Positions 1 to 12,422 of a stretch of 64,000 bases of DNA are shown one piece after another (position 1 is the stretch's first letter; every line of letters begins with the position of its first letter). The notes beneath the pieces were generated by a model. It saw only the letters and a program-made list of their open reading frames with translations, did not search any database and was not told the DNA's origin. The position numbers were made by a program, and so were the translations under genes. The DNA comes from Centroscyllium fabricii (Eukaryota): assembly GCA_051313645.2 (NCBI GenBank), contig JBNRSN020000001.1, positions 228,594,001 to 228,658,000 on the forward strand. The letters run 5' to 3'.

Positions 1-192
1 CACTTGTTTAATGCATCACAGTAACACAAGAAGAGAGTGAACCACTCGAAACAGGCTTATTTAAACGGCCCGCCGTTGGTGACCTCATCACGCCGGAAGA
101 CGCGGTGACGTCATCGCGTCACCCGATGGGCGGGGCTGTGCCCCGCAGTGTTCCCGAGGCGGATTCGGTATCCTAGTGGGCGTGCCGCCACA
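1..192 (-). repeat. 3' LTR (partial)
   Basis: Matches 4186-4377; on the minus strand it is preceded by a GGGGGGGAG polypurine tract (196-204). Confidence 0.95.
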
Positions 193-231
193 CAGCTCCC
201 CCCCAGAATCTGTCCGGGAGAATAAAAAAGT

Positions 232-3200
232 CTATGTGAGCCGTTGGGGTGGCCGGATGATGCGGCCGGCCCGTGTTGTGCGTTGTTCCTGGTTCTGCGG
301 TGGAGTGTGGGCGGTTGTTGTTGCGGGAGGGCGTTGCAGTGGTTGTGCGGGGACTGTCGTCTCGCCCGCTATAACGTGTGCCGGTTTGAGCCGGTCTATT
401 GAAACAGTTTCTGTTCTGTTGCCCATTTGAAGCTGGAAAGCTTTAGCTCCCGCCCGAAGCACTCTATAAGGGCCATCATATGGTGGCTGTAGTGGTGATC
501 GGTGTCCGTCGCGCCGGACGAACACAAATTTCGAGTTTTTAATGCCGTCTGGTACTCGTGCTGCCGGCTTTCCGTGCCGGGCCACTGGTAGTGGTTGGAA
601 CGCTCGTGCCGGGTTGGCAAAGTCCTTTAGGTACTGGTCGGCTGACCAGGGAGCGTTTGGCTCGGCGAGGAACTCGCCCGGCACTGTTAGGGCTTGGCCG
701 TAGACGAGTTCTGCTGCCGAGGCGTTTAGGTCCTCTTTGACTGCCGAGCGCAGCCCGAGGAGGACCCATGGGAGACGGTCGGTCCATGACGCATCTTTGA
801 GGGTGGCCCGCAGTGATGTTTTCATAGAGCGGTGGAACCGTTCGCAGAGCCCGTTAGATTGTGGGTGGTATGGGGTGGTTTGATGCAAGGTTACCCCGAG
901 GTCGCGGGCGATGGCCGCCCATAGTGCTGACGTAAACTGGGGTCCTCTGTCGGACGTGATGTCGGTGGGCACGCCGAAGCGGGCGACCCAGGTGGCAATG
1001 AACGCCCTGGCCAAGTCCGTGGTGCCGGTGGCAGCGAGGGGGACTGCTTCTGGCCAGCGAGTGTTGCGGTCGACCATGGTCATTACATGCGTGTGGCCCC
1101 GGGATGGCGGTAGTGGCCCGACGAGGTCGATATGGACGTGGTCAAAGCGTCTGGCCGGCACTGTAAACGTTTCCAGCGGTGCCCTGATGTGCTTGTGCAC
1201 TTTGGAGCGCTGGCAGGCGATACAGGAGTTGGCCCAGGCGCGTACGTCTTTGCGCATGCCGCGCCATATGAACCGGGCCGAGATTAGTTTAATCGACGCG
1301 CGGGTGCCGGGGTGGGACAGGTCATGGAGGGTCTTGAAAATGTGTCGCCTCCATGCGTGGGGGACGACGGGCCTGGGCTGCGGCAGGGACACGTCGCAGC
1401 AGACGACGGTGGCAGCGGGGCCATGCGCGATTTTGGCCAAGTGGAGGCCGGGGAGGTTTGCTGCGGGGTTGAGCAGGTCAGGGTCGGCCAGCTGGTCTGC
1501 TGCCAGCTGGGCGTAATCGACCGCCATTTGGGCGGCGTTAATAGTGGGGCGTGAGAGGCAGTCAGCGACCACGTTGTCGCGGCCGGAGATGTGTTGAATG
1601 TCGGTCGTAAATTCCGACACGGCCGTGAGCTGGCGCTGCTGCCTGGCCGACCAGGGTTCGGCGACCTTAGCCATCGCGAAGGTGAGTGGCTTATGGTCGA
1701 CGAAGGCTGTAAAGTGGCGGCCCTCCAAGAGGAAGCGAAAATGTCGCACTGCAAGATGGAGAGCGAGGAGCTCCCTATCGAAGGCGCTGTGCTTGACCTC
1801 TGGGGGCCGGAGCTGCCGGCTGAAAAAGGCATGGGGCTGCCACGAGTTGCTGGTCCACTGCTCAAATACGGCCCCGACCGCGTGGTCGGAGGCGTCAGTG
1901 GTGAGGGCTACTCTGGCGTTGGGCCTAGGGTGGGCTAGGAGGGTGGCGTTAGCCAGGGCGGTTTTGGTGGCGGTGTTGGCGTCGGCCGTCCACTCTACCG
2001 CAGTTTTGCCGGGCTGCCCGCGTGTGGCCTGGTATAAGGGGGCCATGAGTGCGGCTGCTCCCGGGATAAAGCGGTTGTAAAAATTGACCATCCCCAGAAA
2101 TTCCTGCAGCCCTTTAATGGAGTGCGGGCGGGGAAATTCCTGGACCGCCTGCACCTTGGAGGGCAGGGGTATGGCCCCGGTTTGAGAAATGTGGTGGCCG
2201 AGGAAGTCAATGATTTGGAGGCCAAATTTACACTTTGTGGGGCTTAATATAAGGCCGTGTTCGACCAGGCGCTGGAACAGGGTCCTGAGGTGCAGGAGGT
2301 GTTCCTGGGGGGAGGTGCTGGCCACGAGGATGTCGTCCAGGTAGACGAAAATGAACGTCAAGTCCCGTAGGACCGAGTCCATGAGGCGCTGGAAGGCCTG
2401 GGCCGCGTTTTTAAGGCCGAAGGGCATCCTGAGAAACTCGAAGAGTCCAAAGGGAGTGATGACGGCCGTTTTAGGAATGTCCGCCGGGTGCACCGGGACC
2501 TGGTGGTAGCCACGCACCAGGTCGATCTTGGAGAAGATCGTGCAACCCGTTAGTCTGGCGGAGAAATCCTGGATGTGGGGTACGGGGTACCTATCCGGTG
2601 TGGTGGCGTTGTTAAGGCGGCGGTAGTCGCCGCAGGGGCGCCAACCCCCGCCCGGCTTGGGGGCTATGTGGAGGGGAGAGGCCCAGGGGCAGTTGGAGCG
2701 GCGGATTATACCGAGTTGCTCCATGGTGCGGAACTCGGTGCGCGCGATCTCCTGTTTGGCCGGGTCGAGCCTGCGGGCGTGGGCATGGACGGGAGGGCCG
2801 GTGGTGGTTATGAAGTGTTCTACCCCGTGTTTGGCCCGGCGGGCGATGAACGTGGGGTTGGTTAGGGTGGGGAACTCTGCTAAGAGTGTGCCATAGGCGT
2901 CGGAGTTCCGAGAGCGGCATTGGGCGGCCGCGTGGGCCAGGAGTGCGGGCCCTGTGGAGCATGGGATGGTCGACATGTTATTGATGTCGACCAGGCGGCG
3001 CCGGGTAATATCGACCAGCAGGCCGTGGGCGCAGAGGAAATCTGCCCCGAGGAGGGGTGAAGTGACCTGGGCTGTAACGAAGTCCCAGTTATACGTGTGG
3101 CCTGCAAGTCTAATAATGAGCTTGCGGGTGCCTTATGTTTTTATATTGGAGCCGTTGGCCGTTGCGAGTGGCGGGCCCCGGGTGCCTTGTTTGGCTTCTG

Positions 3201-4041
3201 CTGGGGAGGCTGGCACGATGCTGTGCTGTGCGCCTGTGTCGCAGAGGAACCTGAGGCCGGTGTCTGTGACAAAGAGCAGTGCTCCTGTGTGTCCTACAGA
3301 CATAGTGGGGGCTGGGGTGGGCCGTGGCTTAAATGCGCATGGCTGGACGCAGCGGTGCGCTTTATTATCGAACCGCGTGTGGTAGTAGCACCAGCCGGTG
3401 CTAGAGGGACGCGGTTGCCTGGGTGGGCGCGGGGCCCTAGGTTCAGGCATGAGGTTGGGCCTGGGGGGCGAGTGGTTGCGCTCGATAGATGCGGCGTTAG
3501 GGTCGCACGTGGTTGAGCGGGTGCGCTCTGCCGCCATGAGCCTGTCGGCTTCCTCAGCGAGCTCATCGCCACTCCGCTGGCCAAGGGCCGCCAAGGCCGG
3601 TCTGATGGAGCGGGGTAGTTTGAGGAGGAAAACGGTGCGGAACAGGGAGGCGGGATCGGTGGTGAGCGCTTGCATCTGACCCCAAAGGTCTGATGGGTCT
3701 GTGTCCCCGAGTTCGGCGAGGTTAAGGAGCTGGCAGTCGCGCTCAAATGGAGAGGGGGTAAAAAAAATTATGAGCGCTGCCTTGAGGAACTCGTACCTGC
3801 CTGTAGTGGGCACACGCTGTAGTTTGGACCACATCCGATCGATCGTCGATTGCGGTAGGGCTGAGAAGACCAGGTCGTAGCGGTCGTCCCCCTGGACGCC
3901 GTGTGTGCAGCAGCTGGTTTCAATACACATGAACCAGGCCGCTGGCCGTTGCTCCCAGAACTCTGGCAGGGTGAGTCTGTGCCCGAAGTTCTGGCCAAGT
4001 CCTTGGGTTCGTGGAGCTTGGTTCCTTGCTCTTGAAGCCAT
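232..4041 (-). pseudogene. gag-pro-pol polyprotein interrupted by one in-frame TAA at 3133-3135
   Basis: ORFs 3133..4041 and 232..2976 are in the same frame; the gap reads [11 protein letters not shown]...PLLGADFL, the protease C-terminal half. Confidence 0.9.
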
Positions 4042-4118
4042 GTTTTCCCTTTTTAAGTGTCCTTAGGCTGTTGATCCTTGATCCTGCGGCAGCTTTTTTT
4101 CTTTGGAAGTCGTTCCAA

Positions 4119-4131
4119 GTCGGGGTCACCA
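4119..4131 (-). promoter_or_regulatory. Primer binding site, tRNA-Trp
   Basis: Minus strand reads TGGTGACCCCGAC one base after the 5' LTR, complementary to the tRNA-Trp 3' end. Confidence 0.9.
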
Positions 4132-4132
4132 C

Positions 4133-4377
4133 TGTAGCGCCGGCAAGGCCTAGGAACCACGCGTGAGCCAGAGAGACAGAAAAAACACTTGTTTAATGCA
4201 TCACAGTAACACAAGAAGGGAGTGAACCACTCGAAACAGGCTTATTTAAACGGCCCGCCGTTGGTGACCTCATCACGCCGGAAGTCGCGGTGACGTCATC
4301 GCGTCACCCGATGGGCGGGGCTGTGCCCCGCAGTGTTCCCGAGGCGGATTCAGTATCCTAGTGGGCGTGCTGCCACA
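4133..4377 (-). repeat. 5' LTR (245 bp, TG...CA)
   Basis: Minus strand begins TGTGGCAG and ends GCGCTACA; direct repeat of 1-192. Confidence 0.95.
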
Positions 4378-6687
4378 AGGGACTAATTAGCAATCTAGTT
4401 GTATGAGGCCCGTTGGGTCGGAGCGATCATAATATGATCGAATTCTCAGTTGAGATGGAAAGTGAAAAGATCAACTCAGAGACTAAGGTCCTGAATTTAA
4501 ATAAAGGGAATTATGAAGGTATGAGAAGGAAATTAAGTAAGATAGATTGGGCAGTGTTTCTGGAGGGATTGAATGTGGATAGACAATGGCAAGCATTCAA
4601 GTATAGGATGGATGAATTACAGAACTCGTTTGGCACAAGAATAAACCTAGAAAGGTGACTCAACCGTGGATAACAAGGGAAATAAGGGACAACATTAAAT
4701 CCAAAAAATGGGCATATCAATTGGCCAAAAAAAGTACCAGGCCGGAAGATTGGGAGCAGTTCAGGATACAGCAAAGGAAGACAAAGGGATTAATCAGGAG
4801 GGGGAAGATAGATTACGAATGTAAGCTTGCGGCAAACATAAAAACTGACTGCAAAAGCTTTTATAGGTACATCAAGAGGAAAAGATTGGTAAAATCCCTT
4901 TCAGTCCGATTCAGGGGAATATATAATGGGGAATAAAGAAATGGCAGACCAACTAAATTTATATTTTGGTACTGTCTTCACAAAGGAGGACACAAGCAAC
5001 CTCCCAGGGATAGCAGCGAACATAGGGTCTAATGCAAGGGAGGAGCTGACAGATATCAGTATTTCCAGGGAGATGGTTTTGGGGAGATTGAAGGCCGACA
5101 AATCCCCAGGGCCTGATAATCTACATCCTAGGGTACTTAAAGAGGTAGCCCTGGAAATAGAGGGTGCTTTAAGGATCATTTTCCAGAACTCGATAGACTC
5201 TGGATCAGTACCCACGGATTGGAGGGTGGCTAATGTTACCCCACTATTTAAAAAGGGGGGCAGAGAGAAAGCAGGGAATTATAGACCAGTAAGCCTTACA
5301 TCAGTAGTGGGCAAAATGCTCGAGTCCATTATCAAGGATGTAATCTCGGAGCATTTGACAATTAGGGATGAGATCGGACAGAGTCAACATGGATTTACAA
5401 AAGGTAAATCGTGTTTAACTAATCTATTGGAATTCTTTGAGGAAGTAACTCGGAAAATAGATGGGGGAGAGCCAGTAGATGTGGTGTACCTTGACTTCCA
5501 GAAAGCCTTCGATAAGGTTCCACATAAAAGATTAGCATGTAAAATTAAGGCTCATGGGATTGGGGGCAAAGTTTTGATGTGGATAGAGAACTGGTTGGCA
5601 GACAGAAAACAGAGAGTTGGAATTAACGGCTCGTTTTCTGAGTGGCAGCCGGTGACTAGTGGGGTACCGCAGGGGTCTGTCCTGGGACCCCAGCTGTTTA
5701 CAATATATATTAATGATCTGGATCAGGGAATTGAATGTAATATCTCCAAATTCGCGGATGACACCAAACTAGGAGGGGGTGGGGCAGGCTCTGAAGAGGG
5801 TGTCAGGAAGTTACAGGGCGATTTGGATAAGTTGGGGGACTGGGCAGATAGATGGCAGATGCACTATAATGTGGATAAATGTGAGGTTATCCGCTTTGGG
5901 GGCAAAAACAGGAGGGTAGATTATTACTTAAATGGCAATAGATTGGGAGATGGGGAGGTGCAAAGAGACCTGGGTGTTCTTGTGCACCAGTCGCTGAAGG
6001 CGAGCACGCAGGTGCAGCAGGCGGTTAGGAAGGCAAATGGTGTGTTGGCCTTCATATCAAGAGGGTTCGAGTATAGGAATAAGGATACCTTACTACAGCT
6101 GTACAAGGCACTGGTGAGACCACACCTTGAGTATTGTGTACAGTTCTGGTCGCCTCGCCTGAGAAAGGATGTTCTTGCCATGGAGGGAGTGCAGCGGCGT
6201 TTCACCAGGCTGATTCCTGGAATGGCAGGAATAACCTACGAGGAGAGATTATGTAGTCTGGGCTTGTACTTGTTGGAGTTTAGAAGATTGAGAGGCGATC
6301 TCATTGAGACGTATAAAATTCTGAAAGGTCTGGACAGGTTAGATTCAGAGAGAATGTTTCCAATGGCGGGGGAGTCCAGAACCAGGGGCCACGGTCTAAG
6401 AATAAGGGGTAAACCATTTAGGACAGACATGAGGAAGAATTTCTTCACTCAGAGAGTGGTGAGCCTGTGGAATTCCTTGCCACAGAGGGCGGTGGAGGCC
6501 AGTTCATTAAACATATTCAAGAGGGAATTGGATATATTTCTTCAAGCTAAAGGGATTAAAGGTTACGGAGAAAAGGCAGGGACGGGGTACTAGCTTGCTA
6601 AAGATCAGCCATGATCTCATTGAATGGCGGAGCAGGCTCGAAGGGCTGAATGGCCTACTCCTGCTCCTATCTTCTATGATTCTATGA
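4378..6687 (+). mobile_element. CR1 LINE, ORF2 3' part (endonuclease end, RT, 3'UTR); host of the Gypsy insertion
   Basis: SDHNMIEF endonuclease end; ORF 4926-6593 with GVPQGSVLGP and FADD; (TTCTATGA)n tail; frameshifts upstream of 4926. Confidence 0.93.
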
Positions 6688-8702
6688 TTACATAATACCC
6701 AGTCTAAGATGGCCTGATCTCTAGTTGTTTCTTCGACATATTGGTCCAGGAAACCATCCCGTATACACTCCAGGAATTCCTCCTCCACAGTATTGTTACT
6801 AATTTGGTTAGCCCAATCTATGTGTAAATTAAAGTCACCCATGATAACTGCTGTTCCCTTATTGCACGCATCTCTAATTTCCCGTTTAATGCCATCCCCA
6901 ACCTCTGCATTACTCTTTGGGGTCTGTATACCACTCTCACGAGCATTTTGTGCCCCATGGTATTTCTCAGTTCGACCCATGCAGATTCCACATCATCTGA
7001 GCTAATGTCCTTCCTTACAATTGTGTTAATCGCCTCTTTAACCAGCAATGCTACCCCACCTCCTTTTCCTTTTTGCCTATCTTTCCTGAATATTGAATAC
7101 CCCTGGATGTTGAGTTCCGAGCCTTAATCACCCTGGAGCCACGTTTCTGTAATCCCAATCATATATATCCATTTGCACAGCTAATTCATCCACCTTATTA
7201 TGAATGCCCCATCGCATTAAGACACAAAGCCTTCAGGCTTGTTTTTTTTAACACTCTTAGACCTTTTAGAATTATTATTTACTGTGGCAATGTTTGATTT
7301 AAACCCTTGATTTCTCTGACTGCCACCTTTGTTTTTCTTCTTCCTGTCTTTTGCTTCTATCCTTGTTTCCCTTTCCTCTGTCTCCCTGCTCAAGTTCCCA
7401 CCCCCCTGGCATTTTAGTTTAAACCCTCCCCCAGAGCACTAGCAAACACTGCCCCTGGGACATCGGTCCCGGTCATAGAATCATAGAATCATAGAAGATA
7501 GGAGCAGGAGTAGGCCATTCAGCCCTTCGAGCCTGCTCCGCCATTCAATGAGATCATAGCTGATCTTTAGCAAGCTAGTACCCCGTCCCCGCCTTTTCTC
7601 TGTAACCTTTAATCCCTTTAGCTTGAAGAAATATATCCAATTCCCTCTTGAATATGTTTAATGAACTGGCCTCCACCGCCCTCTGTGGCAAGGAATTCCA
7701 CAGGCTCACCACTCTCTGAGTGAAGAAATTCTTCCTCATGTCTGTCCTAAATGGTTTACCCCTTATTCTTAGACCGTGGCCCCTGGTTCTGGACTCCCCC
7801 GCCATTGGAAACATTCCTCTAGCCATGCAAACCATCCATTTTGTACTTGTCCCACCTCCCCCAGAACCGGTTCCAATATCCCAGGAATTTGTATCCCTCC
7901 CCCTTGCACCATTCCTCTAGCCATGTATTCATCTGAAATATCCTTCCATTTCTACTCTGACTAGCACGTGGCACTGGTAGCAATCCTGAGATTGCTACCT
8001 TTGAGGTCCTATTTTTTAATTTACCTCCTAACTCCCTATATTCAGCTTTTAGGACCTCATCCTGTTTTTTTACCTATATCGTTGGCACCTATATGCACCA
8101 CGACAACTGGCTGTTCTCCCTCCCCATCCAGAATGCCCTGCAGCCGCTCTGAGACATCCTTGACCCTTGCACCAGGGAGGCAACATACTATCCTGGAGTC
8201 TCGTTTGCAGCCGCAGAAACGCCTATCCCCCTTACAATATAATCCCCTATCACTATAGCTTCCCACTCTTTTTCCTCCCGTCCTGTGCAGCAGAACCATC
8301 CACGGTGCCAGGAAGTTGGCTGCTGCTGCCTACCTCTGATAAGCCATCTCACTCACCAATATCCGAGGCGGTATATCTGTTTGTGAGGGGGATGGTCAGA
8401 GAAGACCCCTGCACTACCTGCCTGTGCCTACTCCTCTGCCTGATGGTCACCCATTCTCCTCCTGCCTGTGCAGCCTTTACCTGCGGTGTGACCAACTCCC
8501 TAAATGTGCTATCCACGACATCGTCAGCATCGCAAATGCTCCATTACGTATCCATTCGCAGCTCCAGCGCCGCAATGCGGTCTGTCAGTAGCTGCAGCTG
8601 GATACACTTCCTGCACACAGCATCGTCAGGGACACCGGAAGTTTCCCTGATTTCCCACATAGTGCAGGTGGAGCATACTACGGCGCCTAACTGTCCTGCC
8701 AT
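6688..8702 (-). mobile_element. Older CR1 LINE, 5' part (ORF1 zinc finger/leucine zipper, esterase, endonuclease), degenerate
   Basis: Minus strand from 8702 reads MAGQLGAVVCSTC...CRKC; esterase CLPGARVKD...VVHIGAND; endonuclease IMGDFN...ILDWVLCN. Confidence 0.88.
7473..7816 (-). mobile_element. 5'-truncated young CR1 3' end
   Basis: Near-identical reverse complement of ~6352-6687, including the TTCTATGA tail. Confidence 0.92.
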
Positions 8703-8719
8703 GACCTACTTTTCTCTGC

Positions 8720-9100
8720 ACCTTTTCCAGCTTAGCTCACTACATCCTTCCTGTAGTAATTGTAGAACCGCATACAATACTCTTGGTGCAGCCTAATCAA
8801 CATACTATACAGTGACAGGGTAGCTTACTTCAATTACATTGCAGAACCTAATATCCCATTTGCTTTCTTGCTAGCAACCAATGGCTGATGTATTGAAGGA
8901 CCTAGCTATTATGACCAAGTTTTTTTCCTGATTTGTTTCTGGATTTATTTTGCCATTAATGCCATAATCCTTCTGCTTATTTTGTATGCATAACTGCATG
9001 GCTTTACACTTATCTACATTAAACTGCCTCTGCTGGTTGCCGACCCACCTCCCCAAACAGCTGGTAGGAATAGTTTGTCGGTATATTTCACCCTACTAAA
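8720..9100 (-). mobile_element. Very old CR1 RT fragment
   Basis: Residual QFNVDKCKAM motif in ORF 8871..9056. Confidence 0.55.
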
Positions 9101-9113
9101 TTCACCTGCTACA

Positions 9114-9810
9114 ATTTCAATTTCAATTTCAATTTCAATTTTATTTGTCTCATGCACTAAAATAAAACAAGTGCAATCTGGACAATGAAATGCTTTCTTC
9201 ACGGTTCGAACGCACCGTGTAACAAAGAACACTTAAGCTACCCGACACGCCCGGAGCCCGTGAGACGGCAGCCACCTCACCAGCGCCATCAATCACAAGT
9301 CCCGTTCTCGCACCGCTCCAGCCTCTCCTGCACCGAAAGTTCTTAAAGTCCTTTCTGTTGTTTCACTCGCCGAACAACTTCTGTTGCTTCACCCTGCATC
9401 CTCTCGAAAAACCTGGGCTCCGGGGGCCACGATCGAAGGCCCTGGTCCCTTGCCTCGAGGAGATCCCCTCCATGGCGGCTGATGCGGCTTGCCGGCTCCC
9501 CCCGAGCTCCGGGAGCAGCGCCCTGAGGCCTAGCCTGAGGCCCGGCGCCTTGCCGGCTCACCGAGTCCTCCGGGCTCCCCGTTCCCCTGCTCGCTCCCGA
9601 CTGCCTTCCCTCATCCTACCATCCACGCTGGGCTCTTCCCGGCATCCCTGATGGACGGATGGCAGCCGATTTAACTTTGCCTCGAGGAGGAGGTCCTCTC
9701 CATGGCCGCCGATGCGGCTGGAACCGGACCATATGTGGTATTTGCAAATACACGTCCTGATATCAGTCCTCTGCTCCATTTTGGCATCATCCCAACTTCA
9801 ACCAGCTTCC
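9114..9810 (-). mobile_element. Non-LTR retroelement, likely non-autonomous, with (ATTGAA)n tail
   Basis: Minus-strand AATAAAA followed by (TTGAAA)n at 9114-9145; GC-rich non-coding body with an internal duplicated segment. Confidence 0.55.
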
Positions 9811-10028
9811 CTTATTGCCTCTTACAGAATTTTTTTTTTTTTAAATCACTGTCTTGATAGGGACCATCACAAAAATCAATATTCAGATTTCCATTTTACA
9901 AAAATATAATTTTATAATGGCTTCTGTTCATTTCAATTAATTTTGCACACTATTCAACAATATTATAAAGTTAAGGATATGTAAACATTCTGTATATGCA
10001 CATTTCTACTGTGATGTATTCTTTTCAG

Positions 10029-10221
10029 GTGCCTCTTGCAGTGTTCAGTCTGGCAAGACTGGATGTTCTCCCTTGGCTATATAAATCCAAAATGCTCAGA
10101 CGAGCAGAAAATCACAGAGATGGTGTACAACATTTTCCGTATTCTCCTGTATCATGCAATTAAGTATGAGTGGGGAGGCTGGCGTGTCTGGGTAGATACT
10201 CTCTCAATAGCACATTCCAAG
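10029..10221 (+). CDS. NBEA: Neurobeachin coding exon ([17 protein letters not shown]...DTLSIAHSK)
   Basis: ttttcag acceptor and AAG|gtaaga donor; peptide recognised as NBEA; phase fits the next exon. Confidence 0.95.
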
Positions 10222-10403
10222 GTAAGATTTGTTCAGCAGTAAATTTAACTTTTATAAGTATGCAGAGGTTGTCTATAAAATGCAATGTTCAAATTATGCT
10301 GTAAAGTGCCTTTTTGTTAGTCTACAGAGAGATCCCTTCTACTGTCTGCTGTTTGATTCCCACTGTTGTAAAGATACAATTCCCATGCTTAAATCCTATA
10401 GTA

Positions 10404-10890
10404 CAGGTTGAGCACCGGTAATCCGTTACCCGAAACGCCGGCAACTTCAGTGGTCCGGTATAAATCGCCCCGACTGCCCTGCGCATGCGCAAAATGGCAG
10501 CTGCGATCGAGGCTTCGGCGAATGATCTGCGCATGCGCCACCGAACGGCGAGCGCATGCGCAGATCATTCAAAATGGCTACCGGACGAGCCGGGCCTTCC
10601 GTGATGTCAGGGCGCGGCGGCTCGCGCCGCATTTTGAATATGCGAGTCCCGAGCGCCTGCCATGGTGAAGCGCACGGTTCCCCGGAGCAGCCTGCAGGCC
10701 GTCCTCAGGAGGCACAAACCGCAGCTGAGACTCAGCAAGGACGTTCGGTGGCCATTTCCAATGTTGTGCGCATGCGCGCGGCCATTTTGAATGGTGCGCA
10801 TGCGCACTGACCGACTTCATTCTACCGGTATTTTCACTTTCCCGGTACGGGCCTGGTCCCGCCCATGCCCGATTACCGGTGCTCAACCTG
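10404..10890. mobile_element. Tc1/mariner-superfamily (Tigger/pogo-like) MITE
   Basis: TIR CAGGTTGAGCACCGGTAATC at both ends, TA target duplication, no transposase. Confidence 0.88.
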
Positions 10891-11183
10891 TACCAACAAT
10901 GGAGTGAGTAATGGAGAGTGACATAACTTGTAGTTGAGAGCAGTAACTTGCTCCCCGAGATGATTGAACGTAGTTCAGCTGATTGAATACTAATAAACAG
11001 TTCAGGAACTGATGCAGACTGTAAATATATGATGTACAGTCTCATGGGCAGTTCATTGTCACCCTCTTCTGGTAATTATAAACATTGCAATATAGGTCTC
11101 TCTTGTCTTCTTAGCTATTTCCTGACTCCATTGTCTATTAATTCATTCTACGTCCTGACTGGAATGGGAATCAGCATTAAAGG

Positions 11184-11770
11184 CCTAGCAATTGCAGTTG
11201 GCAGCTTGCCGTCGTCATACGCCTCTGAACCGAAAGAAAAGTACGAACTTACCTGGTGTCTCCAGAGCTTTGGAGTGTTCTGGTCCTGGGCCTGCAGGTG
11301 CACATCTGCGTAAAGGCCCATGAATCCCAGGGGGGCATGCAGTTCGCAAGCGTCCTTGGGATCACTTGGGCCAGGCCAACCAGTGACAAAGGGGCATTCC
11401 TATGATGCTTATGGCGATTCCATTTACGTAAAGAAAAATAAATTTAAACATTTTAAAATGGGACAAAATTTACCTAAACTAATTTTAAATTTATGTTTAA
11501 ATCATTTAAAAAAAAATATTTTAACACTTCGCTGGTAAAAGAAGGCCTTACACCTGCTTTTGCCAAGTGTAAGGATTTCGTGGGCATTCATTGGGCAGTA
11601 GTTTGATCCAGCGAAATTGAATTTGTAGCAGATGCGGTGGATCTGTCCAAGCGAAACTTAACAGATCGCAAGTTCTTGAGTTTTCGCGCATGTGGAAACC
11701 TGGAACTTGCGTGGCCATTCTGAAGGCTTCCAACAGTGTACGTTGTCAGAAGCACCATAAAATCCGGGCC
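11184..11770. mobile_element. Probable Harbinger-type MITE, old
   Basis: Ends GGCCTAGCAATT / AAAATCCGGGCC with an AT-rich core, like the other GG-ended MITEs here. Confidence 0.45.
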
Positions 11771-12045
11771 ATTATTTTAACATTATTTTTCTTTTATGAA
11801 TTTTCTGTAGTAATTGGAAATAAAATCCACTAAACCAATAGGGTAAAAATAGAACAATAGGCTTAATAATATACTATTCTGACCAACAAGATGAAATGCA
11901 AAAATATCTCCCTCTAATTTCTTCCCTCTTGATCCCTGAGATGACGTGCTTAGCCATCAGATACTGAAAGAAATACACCACTCTATCACTACAGCTACTA
12001 GCCTATTTTAGTGCCCTCCTAACCCATATGACTTGTTTTATACAA

Positions 12046-12176
12046 AAGCAAAATACTGCGAATGCTGGAAATCTGAAACAAACTCAGAAAATGCTCAAAA
12101 TACTCAGCAGGTCAGGCAGCATCTGTGGAGGGAGAAACAGAGTTGGCGTTTCAGGTCGATGACTATTTGTCAGAAC
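12046..12176 (-). mobile_element. Penelope-like short repeat with degenerate hammerhead core
   Basis: Same family as 24061-24149 and 41675-41752; minus strand CTGACAA...GACCTGAAAC. Confidence 0.65.
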
Positions 12177-12422
12177 GTGACCTGTTTTATGAATGTGCAA
12201 GATGCATTGGTTTATAAGTACTCTTGTAATTTTTTAAATCATAATTGCTACAAAAAGACCATGAATACACCTGTAATGGCAATTTTTATTTGAACCAAAG
12301 TACTGCTATATGAAATTGGGACTCAGGAATTCATTAGATTTTTGTTCTCTAGTTACCATTATTGAAGTTGCAGATTAATACAAGATGATTAGTGCCATTT
12401 CTGATTGACAACACTTGTGGTA

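Larger units (their letters stand above)
1..4377 (-). mobile_element. Ty3/Gypsy LTR retrotransposon, CsRn1-like clade (3' LTR truncated by window edge)
   Basis: LTRs 4133-4377 and 1-192 differ at 4 of 192 shared nt. tRNA-Trp PBS and PPT present. Gag has a CHCC knuckle (CYYHTRFDNKAHRCVQPC), followed by protease DTG, RT YLDD, RNase H and HHCC/DDE integrase. Confidence 0.95.

Noticed and set aside
176-3679. Many + strand and alternate-frame ORFs over the Gypsy element
   Set aside because: Shadow ORFs of GC-rich gag-pol sequence, with no recognisable motifs.
4378-6720. The + CR1 starts at (K)GLISNLVV and the - CR1 ends at ILDWVLCN, adjacent positions of ORF2, suggesting an inversion
   Set aside because: Each break has its own cause (LTR insertion; intact CR1 tail), and the missing parts probably lie left of the window. 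It cannot be tested here.
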